Shown: one piece after another, positions 15,555-24,450 of the stretch
Layout of the letters: the number at the start of each line of letters is the position of its first letter
Numbering within the stretch: the first letter of the stretch is position 1
Source: Deltaproteobacteria bacterium
Lineage (GTDB): Bacteria > Bdellovibrionota_B > Oligoflexia > Oligoflexales > Bog-1112
Assembly: GCA_003136475.1 (NCBI GenBank)
Contig: PLEQ01000307.1
Location: 1-35,260, forward strand
DNA: 35,260 nt
Direction: 5' to 3'
Program-made: the position numbers and the translations under genes
The notes under the pieces: model-generated
Databases searched by the model: none
The model's input: only the letters and a program-made list of their open reading frames with translations
Told to the model about the DNA's origin: nothing

Positions 15555-16319
15555 TTATAGCTTACCACCAATAGCGGCAAGAGCTTCTCCAACAGATTCT
15601 TCATTTACGTTCTTGACTACAACAGCGTCCTTTACGTTAAGGGTCTTTGAAGGCTTTCCCGCTACTACTAAAAAGGTCTTGGTCTTAAGACGACTTAGAT
15701 TCTGTAGTAGATCCAGAGCGAACTTTTCATCCGGAGTATTCAGCAAAACTGGAGTTACCCGTGCAGAATGGCCATTTTCAATGGCCTTATCAACCAAGGA
15801 ATACACTGCGTTAAGGCCAACGATCTCTGAACCAACCTGGTCATTCATGGCCGCCTTAAGAAGGGATGCAAAGTCGTTTGCATTCTTAACACCCATATTA
15901 TACTTCTCACTGAACTGAAGCATGTTATGTGAGTCGATATTTAGCTCCATAGCCTTATCATATAAGGCATTTGAGGCAATGCCAAAAAGATGGCGTGTAC
16001 CTTCGCGACCGTATAGAGTTGGCTCTACCTTTGAAGCCAGTTCCTTATAGAGGGATTCTGGGTCCGAACAAAAACACTCAAAAGCAGGATTAGACGCTAA
16101 TTGAGCAAATTGTTCTTGTGCCGGACCAGTAACCACGATAAAAAATGTTGAGGATAGAAGCTCTTTACGATAATCGTTTTTAAGTCTACTTACAGTCTCA
16201 ATAGCTGCTTTCTTTAGGCCAACTCGCCCACGGTAGGTGGTTCCTGGCTCGCTGTCTACGATGGACTCCGCAAGTGGTAGATTCTTCTTGATTTCACTTA
16301 AAATATTTACTAATGACAT
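15555..16319 (-). CDS. Hypothetical protein (254 aa)
   Basis: GAGGA SD. Its GC content is above the local average. No motif recognised. Confidence 0.6.
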   Translation of the reverse strand: MSLVNILSEIKKNLPLAESIVDSEPGTTYRGRVGLKKAAIETVSRLKNDYRKELLSSTFFIVVTGPAQEQFAQLASNPAFECFCSDPESLYKELASKVEPTLYGREGTRHLFGIASNALYDKAMELNIDSHNMLQFSEKYNMGVKNANDFASLLKAAMNDQVGSEIVGLNAVYSLVDKAIENGHSARVTPVLLNTPDEKFALDLLQNLSRLKTKTFLVVAGKPSKTLNVKDAVVVKNVNEESVGEALAAIGGKL

Positions 16320-16330
16320 ATTTATTCCTC

Positions 16331-16576
16331 TTAAAGTTCCTTATCCGTTACTAAAATTTCATCTTCTCTAAAAAACTGTACTACTGTACCGTTAATCAAT
16401 TGTGCAAATCCATAGGGACTGGAATCTGTGCTAAAACCTTTAAAATTAGACAACTTAGTATTTTCAGTATAATAATGAATATTGTCAATAGGACCATTTA
16501 ATTGAATTGACCGTGGATCTTTGAGTCTAATAATTTCATAAAAGAATTTTCCATCGTATAAATCTTTATTTTTCAT
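16331..16576 (-). CDS. Hypothetical protein
   Basis: ATG-initiated ORF packed between its neighbours. Confidence 0.5.
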   Translation of the reverse strand: MKNKDLYDGKFFYEIIRLKDPRSIQLNGPIDNIHYYTENTKLSNFKGFSTDSSPYGFAQLINGTVVQFFREDEILVTDKEL

Positions 16577-16578
16577 AC

Positions 16579-16899
16579 TTACCTCTTAATTTTTTCTAGG
16601 AACTCCCTAGCTAGTTGTTGGTTAATAAAATAGTGATTAGCCAAAATTTCATTATTCTCTTCTTTAGAATTGCATATTTCTGTCCCATAAGAATTTTGTG
16701 CAATCATTCGCAATACTTCGATAGCTTTTTCTAGATTATAGAGAGTATCTCGTCTTTCATTACGAAGTTCATATAAATCCATAGCGATTTGAAAATTATC
16801 GGCTAGTTCTTTGGCGAAAGCGCCACCTTTTTCAAGTGGAATTTCACAGGAACGACTCCAAGAGGCGTCTGGACAATTTACTTTAAAGCTTGCTTTCAT
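16579..16899 (-). CDS. Hypothetical protein
   Basis: ATG-initiated ORF with a 17-nt overlap on the upstream gene. Confidence 0.5.
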   Translation of the reverse strand: MKASFKVNCPDASWSRSCEIPLEKGGAFAKELADNFQIAMDLYELRNERRDTLYNLEKAIEVLRMIAQNSYGTEICNSKEENNEILANHYFINQQLAREFLEKIKR

Positions 16900-17131
16900 T
16901 TTCTAATTCCTCAATTCGATCTAAAAGCTCTAAAACTTGCTTAGGATTAAATACGGCAACGAACAGTCCGTCTTGGTGTCTCCAATAAGTTGGCCTGTCA
17001 CTATCATGTTTAGACAGAGATCGAGCAGGTTTCCGTACGTCCACATAGAATGGATAATTACTAGAAAAAGAGTTTTCCCACGATCCTGGAGTAGCTTCTT
17101 CTGCAATTTTACGTAATTTCTTAATGTCCAT
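16883..17131 (-). CDS. Ead/Ea22-like protein
   Basis: EEATPGSWEN (the ATPGxW motif) and a C-terminal LELLDRIEELENE. Confidence 0.5.
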   Translation of the reverse strand: MDIKKLRKIAEEATPGSWENSFSSNYPFYVDVRKPARSLSKHDSDRPTYWRHQDGLFVAVFNPKQVLELLDRIEELENESKL

Positions 17132-17380
17132 TTATATCTTTTTCTTTATACCAAAATACTCGCGCAATTGTTCTGTATTTTTAATACTCTTAGAGAATTC
17201 TTCAGATTCTTGTTTACCGTTTAAAGAGTCCTGGAAATTTTTCTGAAGAACAATTTTAGGATTGATACAATTGAATTCTACAAAAATACGTCCACTCATC
17301 CTATTCTTGGTGATTTTTAAGGTAGTTTCTTCGTCTAATTTCTTTTCTTTTATGAGCTTAAAATCACTATTAGTTGACAT
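17132..17380 (-). CDS. Hypothetical protein
   Basis: ATG-initiated ORF. Confidence 0.5.
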   Translation of the reverse strand: MSTNSDFKLIKEKKLDEETTLKITKNRMSGRIFVEFNCINPKIVLQKNFQDSLNGKQESEEFSKSIKNTEQLREYFGIKKKI

Positions 17381-17382
17381 CT

Positions 17383-18108
17383 TTATTGACCATATCCTAC
17401 ATTTTGTTTATTTGCAAGTCTTTTTCCTGAAAAAGTTGCAGCGGATTGAGAAGATCCGGTCATGTACCCTTGGCAGTATGTATCATGAAACTTACAGGGA
17501 ATGGTGGAAAGAACATTAACCCCTTTTTCCCATGCTACTTTTTTGCCCCAATTAGAGGAATTGGCCTTATGACCATAGCTGTCGATATTGCCAACCACTA
17601 CCTCATTTGGTAGCCAATAAGAAGCTGGGTAGTATTCATTGCCTCTAATGTCTAGATCCTTGGACTCATTACCAGCAGCCACTACAAAAGTTATATCCGA
17701 ATTTTGATCAATTAGATCATACTCTTCTTCGTTGAATGTTGAGCCACCACTAGAAAAATTAATTATTTTTGCACCATTTTTAATGGCTTCTTTAATTGCG
17801 TTGATTTCATTGTTCATATTCTGAATTCCCGTAGCGGTTTCAGAATAGTATTTGTAAATTAACATGCAATAATTAGAGTTTTCTGCATATTTCTGGATAA
17901 GACCAACAATATGGCTACCATGCCCATTAGTGTCTTTGATTCCAGTTCCAGTGAAGTCCTTGTGCCCATATTTACATAGATGGTCTTTGAAGCGTGGATC
18001 GTTTAGATCAAGACCGGTGTCTATAACACCCACCTTTATTTGATCATGATTAGGTGAAATTCCTAATAAGACAGGCAAAACAAGAAGTATTAGGATCTTA
18101 GACTTCAT
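17383..18108 (-). CDS. Secreted subtilisin-like serine protease (peptidase S8)
   Basis: Signal peptide MKSKILILLVLPVLLGISP. Catalytic Asp in VGVIDTGLD, His in NGHGSHIVG, AAGNES, and Ser in MTGSSQSAATFSG. Confidence 0.8.
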   Translation of the reverse strand: MKSKILILLVLPVLLGISPNHDQIKVGVIDTGLDLNDPRFKDHLCKYGHKDFTGTGIKDTNGHGSHIVGLIQKYAENSNYCMLIYKYYSETATGIQNMNNEINAIKEAIKNGAKIINFSSGGSTFNEEEYDLIDQNSDITFVVAAGNESKDLDIRGNEYYPASYWLPNEVVVGNIDSYGHKANSSNWGKKVAWEKGVNVLSTIPCKFHDTYCQGYMTGSSQSAATFSGKRLANKQNVGYGQ

Positions 18109-18114
18109 ATTGCC

Positions 18115-18143
18115 ATCCTACTCTCAAAATGTACGTGTGTCAA
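18115..18143 (-). promoter_or_regulatory. Sigma70-like promoter abutting the S8 protease ATG
   Basis: TTGACA (18143-18138), 17 nt, TAGGAT (18120-18115), ggcaat, then ATG (18108). The AGGA could instead be an SD. Confidence 0.3.
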
Positions 18144-18853
18144 GACCCATTTTTCTTATTATGATGTTTGTAAATTTTTGAAATTATTGATAGAAATATA
18201 TTATCGTCATGTTCCTGTTTCATAAAATTACAAATAGGGCAACAGGGAACACAATTGTTTTTAATATATCCAGTATTATGCTTCAATCTATCTATGCCAT
18301 TAATAAGGATAAAAGAATATTTAAGGGCAGAACTTTCCCTCATATGTTGAGAATACATCATTTTATGAGGAGGTTCGTCACAATAATAACATTTTTGTGA
18401 TACTATTTCCATAAAAAAATCAAAAGATATATTAAAAGATAGATTACGATTTTTGGCGTTTTTTATGTAGCTTCTATAAACTCTTCCATATTGACTTATT
18501 TTCCAATTTTCTCTGCGCTTACATCCACAAGAAACGGTATTCCCTGTAATGAGTGCTTTATACGTACAAATTCTTATAGATCCACAATCGCATACGACTT
18601 TATAGCATGGTCTGCTTTCTCTATTCATTCCTATAAATTCTACGATTTTAAGTTTCCCGAATTTTTGTCCTATAGCCAATTTTCTTAATTTTGAATTTCT
18701 ATTCAGTTTAAGAAACGCCATACGTTTATTGATAGAGTGTATTCCTCTAGATAAATGACGCCCCATTTCTTTATTGGACATACTCATAAAATTATTTTTT
18801 AAAAATTCAAATTCTTCTTTTATCCAAGGTTTTTGTTTATTGATTTTACTCAT
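18140..18853 (-). CDS. HNH-type endonuclease, Cys-rich (third homing-endonuclease-like gene)
   Basis: GIDRLKHNTGYIKNNCVPCCPICNFMK (an HNH-like IDRxD..GY...N..PCC..CN..K pattern) plus CDCGS....SCGC. Confidence 0.55.
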   Translation of the reverse strand: MSKINKQKPWIKEEFEFLKNNFMSMSNKEMGRHLSRGIHSINKRMAFLKLNRNSKLRKLAIGQKFGKLKIVEFIGMNRESRPCYKVVCDCGSIRICTYKALITGNTVSCGCKRRENWKISQYGRVYRSYIKNAKNRNLSFNISFDFFMEIVSQKCYYCDEPPHKMMYSQHMRESSALKYSFILINGIDRLKHNTGYIKNNCVPCCPICNFMKQEHDDNIFLSIISKIYKHHNKKNGS

Positions 18854-18860
18854 AATTCCT

Positions 18861-21800
18861 TCATACTTCTATTACAATATCTGTAATGGAACAAGGATCT
18901 GACTTACCAGCTCTTTTTTTGAGAAAAAGCGTAACTATATTACCTTTAGTAAGTTCTGGCGGATAATTCAACTCTCCAGTAAAATAATTTGGCCATAGGA
19001 CTTTTTCGCTAACATAAGAATCGCAATCTATGATTAACTTTAACGCTTGTTTTGTATTTTTCTTATAATCAAATACCTTTACGTCCACTATAAATGCCAT
19101 TACGGCAATATGGGCATCTTCTGCTAGAACTTCTCCGTCCGATTCGTCTAATCGTCTAAGACCCTCTCCTGTCATTAAAAAATAGAGATCGTTATCTGAT
19201 ATGATCGTACCAGGACTATCTTTTAGTTGATATCGTTGTTGAGGCGAAAATATTTTAGGATATCCCTTTTCTTTTAAACAGCTCGAATGTTTCAGGCCCA
19301 AATCTCTAAGACCAACCAACAAACTGGGCAAAATTGATTTTTTGATTTTAGCATTTTTTAATGGATTGTTTTCAACGGTCAAATATTCTTTAGGAATTTC
19401 GCCTTTATTGGGTTGTAACTGTTTAAGTAATTTACCAGACTCTTTCGATTTTTGTATCTTATTGTTAAACTTTTTTATTTCAACAGCGTCTTCAAATAAT
19501 TGCAATTTATCCAACAAAGGTAGTTTTGGTGGGAATAGGGAATCAAGAACCCCCACATGTATCAATTTTCGAGATAGCGATGGACCCGCAACGTCTTTAT
19601 TTACAAAATCTTGAATGTCCCTATATGGCCTATTTTGAACTATAGGATCGATTGATTTATCTCCTAATCCCCTAATAATACTAAATTTAGCCCTAATTTT
19701 ATGGTTGGCGTAATCTATTTCCATTTCATCTGTAGATAGGTTGATATCCGGAGGAGCTACTAGATCCTTAACGTGTGGCCAAAGCTTGCCTGTAATTTCT
19801 TTTTCTTTAGCGTTAGTTAAGATCGCCGCCCAAAATTCCAGATTATAGTGGTGTTTTAGAAACATACAGGCATATGTTATATAGCTATAAGAAATGCCAT
19901 GCGATTTATTAAAAGCATAACGACCGAAGGTTACAATACGATCCCAAAGTTGTTGCGCTTCTTCTTCGTTGACTTTTCCGGAAGCTATACACCCATTAAT
20001 AAAATCGGGCTTAATCTTTAGGATGGCGGCCCTTTTCTTTTTACCGATGGCTTCTCGGAGATTCTCGGCGGCACTTCCTGAGAATCCAGCAAGCTCTTTG
20101 GCAATTTTGGTAACTTGTTCTTGATAAACTAGGACTGAATGGGTTTGTGGAATAAGGTCTTTGAGAACTGGAATATCTTCATAACTATTCCCATTACGAC
20201 GGTATACATATTCTTCAGCCATGTTTCGGCCGGTCTCTTGGATTACGTAATCTAGAGGGCCTGGTCGAACCAGAGATAGAATGATGGATAGATCTTCCAT
20301 ATTCCTAGGCATAATGTCCTTAACGAAAGGAGTCATTGTCGTGGTATTAATCTGGAAACAGGACTCTGTAGCACCGTCCCATACGCTCTTATATGCATTT
20401 TCATCTTCTGGTAGATCCCAAATGTACGTTAATTCCCCATTATGAGTAAAATAACCTACCCTATTTTTTTCATTATTCTTCTTATTTATCAAATCAATAC
20501 AGACTCGGATATCTTTTAATTGGTTGATGACCAAGAAATCGTATTTTACTAAACCGGCCTCTTCTGTGGCGGAAGCCTCGTATTGTACAACATTTCCTTC
20601 TTTGATAGGAACAAAATCTGAAATAGGACTATCTGCAATGACGAACGCACAGGCATGCCTTGAAAAAGAACGAGTAATACCCAAAGCTTGTCTAACTACG
20701 GCCCACTCGTTTGGTTTGGATTCTGCATATTTTTGAAGAACGTCAGATGTTTCAATTAGTCCATCGATATGATTTCCATCTTCATCTTCCATACCAAAGA
20801 TAAACTGCTCATCTGTAATTCCTTGACCAGCATCTGGGAGTTTTTTACAGAGTTGTTCAATTTCTTTCTCGACAGATCCATTAAAGTATCGATTAGTATC
20901 TTTAATGGCAGACTTTAGTCGGATTTTACCTCTAGTGCTAATCTGAGCTGCTTTATTTCCCCAGCGCTTATATAAATATCCGCTTTTACCATCATCTCCT
21001 ACTAATAGATCGCGTGATTCAAGATCTGAATCGATATCAGCAAGCTTTAAAGCATTAATACGATCTTCCGAATAGAAACGGTTAAAGCTCAAATCATATT
21101 TAAATGGATTGACCTTCGTAATGCCCATTAGATAGGCTATAAGGCTTCCAGCGCTCGATCCACGTCCTGGTCCTGTGAGCCTACCGTTCTCCTCGTAATA
21201 GTCAATTACGTCGTGAATAGGAAGGAAATAGGGGGACAGGTCCTTAACCTTATTTTTGGCAATGACTTGAATCTCTTCCCTGAGGCGTGCAGTCCAAATA
21301 GGATCTTTCCACCGCATTAAGCCTTTTTTGTTAATGATATCAATACACTTTTGCAAAGCATTTCCGTCACTGTCAGCCAGTCGCCATTGGTACTTTAATT
21401 CAAAATTATTGAATAATTCCGCAAATTTATCATTATTGGCCAAAATACTTTCCGCTTGCGTGTTAACTAAACCAAGCGTGTTAACCAAATAGTTAACAAC
21501 ATCTTCATGGGATTTCATGTAAAGATCTGATTTTAGTTGGTTCTGACCTTCTAGAACCATAGTCTGCACGATATGATCTTCTTTTACACTATAAAAGGCA
21601 TAATCAGACACTAATACTGTGATTTGGTGTTTTTTGGACATTTCTAGAAAAAATTTATTAATTTCCAGAGTAACATCACAAGGAAGAGGCAAAAAACCTT
21701 TATGTTCAGTAACCTTTTCGATATTTTTATTTATTTCGAAATGAGTAGAATTGGTAACAAAAGACTTAATTTCTTTATGTCCCGGTCTAGAAATAAGATC

Positions 21801-22457
21801 TGAAGCCTTAATTTTTCGAGCCTTATCTGTCGTAACTACATCTGAATCCAGTAGAGAAGAGTGTGTGCCATCCGCATAATCAATTTTAATAACCGTAGCA
21901 TGTTTCTTAGCCCAAGGCTCACATACTAGAGATAAATACAATCTATTCCCAAAAATGGATTTGGATTTTAAAATAATCTTTTCGGCTGCTTCAGGACCAT
22001 AAGCCAACAATACTTTACCGGCCATGTCATGAGGTCCGCCCATAACTAAAAAAGTATCGAATTTACTAAGACGTTCTAATTCAGTCCATGACCACAGAGA
22101 GTACGTCTCTTCCTGGATTTCAATTTGGGGCATGTCTGTTTTAGAAACTACTCGACACAATTCTTGATAAGAATTTTGATTTTGACAAAACAGAGTAGAA
22201 GTAAAGTACTTACAACGATCTGCTGGAGTGCCGGATACGATCTCGCATTTATGGTCTTTAAAATAAAATTCAATTCCTAGAACCGGCTTTAAGCCGGCTT
22301 TCTTAGCAAGGCCATACGTTTTAAGGGCAGAACTAAGATGTCCAAGATCTGTATATGTAAAGTGAGTTCGACCAAGATCTGATGCCCTCTTGATCATTGA
22401 GGAAATTGGAGATCCTGTAAGAGAACTTTCACAATGTTGATGTACTGATATTTTCAT
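18861..22457 (-). CDS. dnaE: DNA polymerase III alpha subunit (DnaE-type) with an N-terminal PHP domain
   Basis: 1198 aa. PHP start ISVHQHCESS, GPGRGSSAGSLIAYLMGITKVNP, FNKSHGISYSYITYACMFLKHHY and other family-C polymerase blocks. Confidence 0.95.
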   Translation of the reverse strand: MKISVHQHCESSLTGSPISSMIKRASDLGRTHFTYTDLGHLSSALKTYGLAKKAGLKPVLGIEFYFKDHKCEIVSGTPADRCKYFTSTLFCQNQNSYQELCRVVSKTDMPQIEIQEETYSLWSWTELERLSKFDTFLVMGGPHDMAGKVLLAYGPEAAEKIILKSKSIFGNRLYLSLVCEPWAKKHATVIKIDYADGTHSSLLDSDVVTTDKARKIKASDLISRPGHKEIKSFVTNSTHFEINKNIEKVTEHKGFLPLPCDVTLEINKFFLEMSKKHQITVLVSDYAFYSVKEDHIVQTMVLEGQNQLKSDLYMKSHEDVVNYLVNTLGLVNTQAESILANNDKFAELFNNFELKYQWRLADSDGNALQKCIDIINKKGLMRWKDPIWTARLREEIQVIAKNKVKDLSPYFLPIHDVIDYYEENGRLTGPGRGSSAGSLIAYLMGITKVNPFKYDLSFNRFYSEDRINALKLADIDSDLESRDLLVGDDGKSGYLYKRWGNKAAQISTRGKIRLKSAIKDTNRYFNGSVEKEIEQLCKKLPDAGQGITDEQFIFGMEDEDGNHIDGLIETSDVLQKYAESKPNEWAVVRQALGITRSFSRHACAFVIADSPISDFVPIKEGNVVQYEASATEEAGLVKYDFLVINQLKDIRVCIDLINKKNNEKNRVGYFTHNGELTYIWDLPEDENAYKSVWDGATESCFQINTTTMTPFVKDIMPRNMEDLSIILSLVRPGPLDYVIQETGRNMAEEYVYRRNGNSYEDIPVLKDLIPQTHSVLVYQEQVTKIAKELAGFSGSAAENLREAIGKKKRAAILKIKPDFINGCIASGKVNEEEAQQLWDRIVTFGRYAFNKSHGISYSYITYACMFLKHHYNLEFWAAILTNAKEKEITGKLWPHVKDLVAPPDINLSTDEMEIDYANHKIRAKFSIIRGLGDKSIDPIVQNRPYRDIQDFVNKDVAGPSLSRKLIHVGVLDSLFPPKLPLLDKLQLFEDAVEIKKFNNKIQKSKESGKLLKQLQPNKGEIPKEYLTVENNPLKNAKIKKSILPSLLVGLRDLGLKHSSCLKEKGYPKIFSPQQRYQLKDSPGTIISDNDLYFLMTGEGLRRLDESDGEVLAEDAHIAVMAFIVDVKVFDYKKNTKQALKLIIDCDSYVSEKVLWPNYFTGELNYPPELTKGNIVTLFLKKRAGKSDPCSITDIVIEV

Positions 22458-23089
22458 GGATATCTCTTATAAATCTCTTCGAGTTCTTCTTGGGCTTTAG
22501 GCAAGCTTTTTGACCATAGCTTTTCTGCTGCTAAGTAACTTTTCTCACAAAGTACATAGGCATGTATTTCGTCCATTATGACCTTTAGATGATAACCCAT
22601 CTCTCGAAGATGGTCTGCCAATTTAATAGATTCTTCGTCTGAAATACATTTACCAAGCGCATGAAGAACTTCCGTTCTATATGAGGGATAAATATGAAAT
22701 TTTGCGTGTGCCATTTCATGTTTTAGTGTCCCACGAGAATTCTTCTTATATCCTATGATGTAATATCTTTCAGCTGTCTTGTGGAATTTCTTAATCTGGT
22801 TCACTAGCCAGCGTTCTTGTCTAGTTAGAGGATTGAATCGTCCATTAATGAATTTATCAACGATTGTTCCCGGAACATTGAATCCAACCCAATCATAGTA
22901 GTACGTGAAACTAGTAGAGTTAGTAAATTCTTTATAATATTCCTTGAATTCTTTTAAAGTAAAAATCTTATCTCGAAATTTTGGAGATTCATAACATTCT
23001 TGAAATCTTAAGAAAAGCCTTGCCACTTCTGATGAAGTGGTTCCTTCCACAGCGTATATATTGGGGGCTAGAGTCTTAAATTTGAGCAT
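22454..23089 (-). CDS. HExxH protein (SprT-like or other metallopeptidase-like)
   Basis: TLKHEMAHAKFHIY. Its stop overlaps the dnaE ATG (ATGA). Confidence 0.45.
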   Translation of the reverse strand: MLKFKTLAPNIYAVEGTTSSEVARLFLRFQECYESPKFRDKIFTLKEFKEYYKEFTNSTSFTYYYDWVGFNVPGTIVDKFINGRFNPLTRQERWLVNQIKKFHKTAERYYIIGYKKNSRGTLKHEMAHAKFHIYPSYRTEVLHALGKCISDEESIKLADHLREMGYHLKVIMDEIHAYVLCEKSYLAAEKLWSKSLPKAQEELEEIYKRYP

Positions 23090-23316
23090 TACGTTTCCAG
23101 CTTTTTTCCATGCCTATAATTTGACCTAGTTTGGTGAGCCTTATAGTCCTTAATCCAGGTTATGCTCACGTACCATTTGATAAGGTTGAAAGATAGGCAA
23201 AATCCTCCCGAACCTGGCAGTTTAGACCCAATCACGGGATAGAACTTGTACCAGTTCATGCCCAGTTTACATTCGGTATCGTCCCACAATATGCAATGAT
23301 CAAGTAATATTTTCAT
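23089..23316 (-). CDS. Hypothetical small protein
   Basis: ATG start with coupled junctions on both sides. Confidence 0.45.
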   Translation of the reverse strand: MKILLDHCILWDDTECKLGMNWYKFYPVIGSKLPGSGGFCLSFNLIKWYVSITWIKDYKAHQTRSNYRHGKKLET

Positions 23317-23615
23317 ACAGCACCGCTGCCGTGGGGATTAAAATATTCCCATCCCTCAGAAACGAATTCTTCTGCCACAATGTCAATATCGTTGAATACC
23401 CGAAAAGAACCTTTTCCAATCATTTGAAGGTCTTCATTATATTCATTACCCCAAGACTCATAGGCCCTAAAACCTCTGTGGAAGGTTTCACTTCCATCTA
23501 AACCTATTACGATCCATTCAGAATTATTATCTCCTATGGCATGTAGACCAATAATTTCGGTTCCTTTACGAAGATAAACATTTTTATAATCCATACCTTC
23601 AAATATGTTAGTCAT
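23313..23615 (-). CDS. Hypothetical protein
   Basis: The ATG at 23615 forms ATGA with the upstream stop and has GGGAGG 4 nt upstream. The track start at 23627 is less likely. Confidence 0.5.
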   Translation of the reverse strand: MTNIFEGMDYKNVYLRKGTEIIGLHAIGDNNSEWIVIGLDGSETFHRGFRAYESWGNEYNEDLQMIGKGSFRVFNDIDIVAEEFVSEGWEYFNPHGSGAV

Positions 23616-23833
23616 TCTGCCTCCCATTGATAGCCAGTTCCGCCATCACGCCATACCTTGTAGTATATCTCAGAACAGAATGGCGGAGGCATTCCTTCAA
23701 GTTCAATGCGATCCAGAATAAGTTCTGCTACTTTATAGGTGTCCCAAGTACCATCTGGCTCTACATAGCTTTCAAAAACAGCCCTATGACAAAGCTCGTT
23801 GTCTATCGCTGCAATCATTTCGGATCTTTTCAT
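23612..23833 (-). CDS. Small protein, MKRSE paralogue A
   Basis: ATGA-coupled ATG at 23833. MKRSEMIAAIDNEL...LDRIELEGMPPP...GYQWEAE. Confidence 0.5.
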   Translation of the reverse strand: MKRSEMIAAIDNELCHRAVFESYVEPDGTWDTYKVAELILDRIELEGMPPPFCSEIYYKVWRDGGTGYQWEAE

Positions 23834-24093
23834 TCTGGTTCCCATCCATCCGTTTCCAGAGCATGTTGCGCAGTTCCATCAGGAAGATCGTCTAAACGAT
23901 GCCAATCTCCGTCTCTTGAAAAAGTTCTTTCTGATTGACTAGGATTTGGATTTAGCCACTTGGGCGGAGTAAACCCCACATCTTCTAATGCATAAAGTAT
24001 ATCTGAACACTCATCCCGATACCCATTAGATGGGTGTGCAAATAATTTTTCTATTTGATCTGCAATGATGGTAATGGCTTCCGAACGTTTCAT
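23830..24093 (-). CDS. Small protein, MKRSE paralogue B
   Basis: ATGA-coupled ATG at 24093. MKRSEAITIIADQIEKL...LYALEDVGFTPPKW...TDGWEPE. Confidence 0.5.
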   Translation of the reverse strand: MKRSEAITIIADQIEKLFAHPSNGYRDECSDILYALEDVGFTPPKWLNPNPSQSERTFSRDGDWHRLDDLPDGTAQHALETDGWEPE

Positions 24094-24287
24094 ATCCAAA
24101 TGGCCCAACTATCGTATTCGTCGCTAACAAACCATCCCAAAGATTCTAGTTCGATCCTATCTTCCCCAGTTACATTCTTTGAATCACCTGGGCCAGCAAA
24201 TAGGATATCGTGTTCGCAAGCAATATCGGTATTGGGATACTTATCTAAAATAGAAAGGCCTTTTGATACGCTATTTAGTCTACTCAT
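24090..24287 (-). CDS. Hypothetical small protein (shortened model)
   Basis: The ATG at 24287 (MSRLNSVS) overlaps the stop of the unlisted ORF 24280-24450. The N-terminal 24 aa of the track ORF look like out-of-frame noise. Confidence 0.4.
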   Translation of the reverse strand: MSRLNSVSKGLSILDKYPNTDIACEHDILFAGPGDSKNVTGEDRIELESLGWFVSDEYDSWAIWI

Positions 24288-24450
24288 CGGATTCCCTTTC
24301 TTCATCATCAAATTTATCTTGTAAAGCATGAAGTCGGTGAAAATATTCATTTTCATCAATTAGAAGATTTTGTGGCCTGGCACATGACAAGAGATTTAGG
24401 GCTTCATTGAGACCATCGACGATTTCCTGAACTGTATATGTTTTATTCAT
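24280..24450 (-). CDS. Unlisted 56-aa acidic ORF
   Basis: I translated it by hand as MNKTYTVQEIVDGLNEALNLLSCARPQNLLIDENEYFHRLHALQDKFDDEERESDE*. ATGA overlap with the exonuclease stop. Confidence 0.4.
   Translation of the reverse strand: MNKTYTVQEIVDGLNEALNLLSCARPQNLLIDENEYFHRLHALQDKFDDEERESDE

Noticed and set aside
18861-22457. Intein or intron interruption of dnaE, considered because of the neighbouring HNH gene
   Set aside because: The ORF is continuous. Its length (1198 aa) is normal for DnaE, and I saw no Cys/Ser...HN-Cys/Ser/Thr splice-junction block or embedded endonuclease domain.
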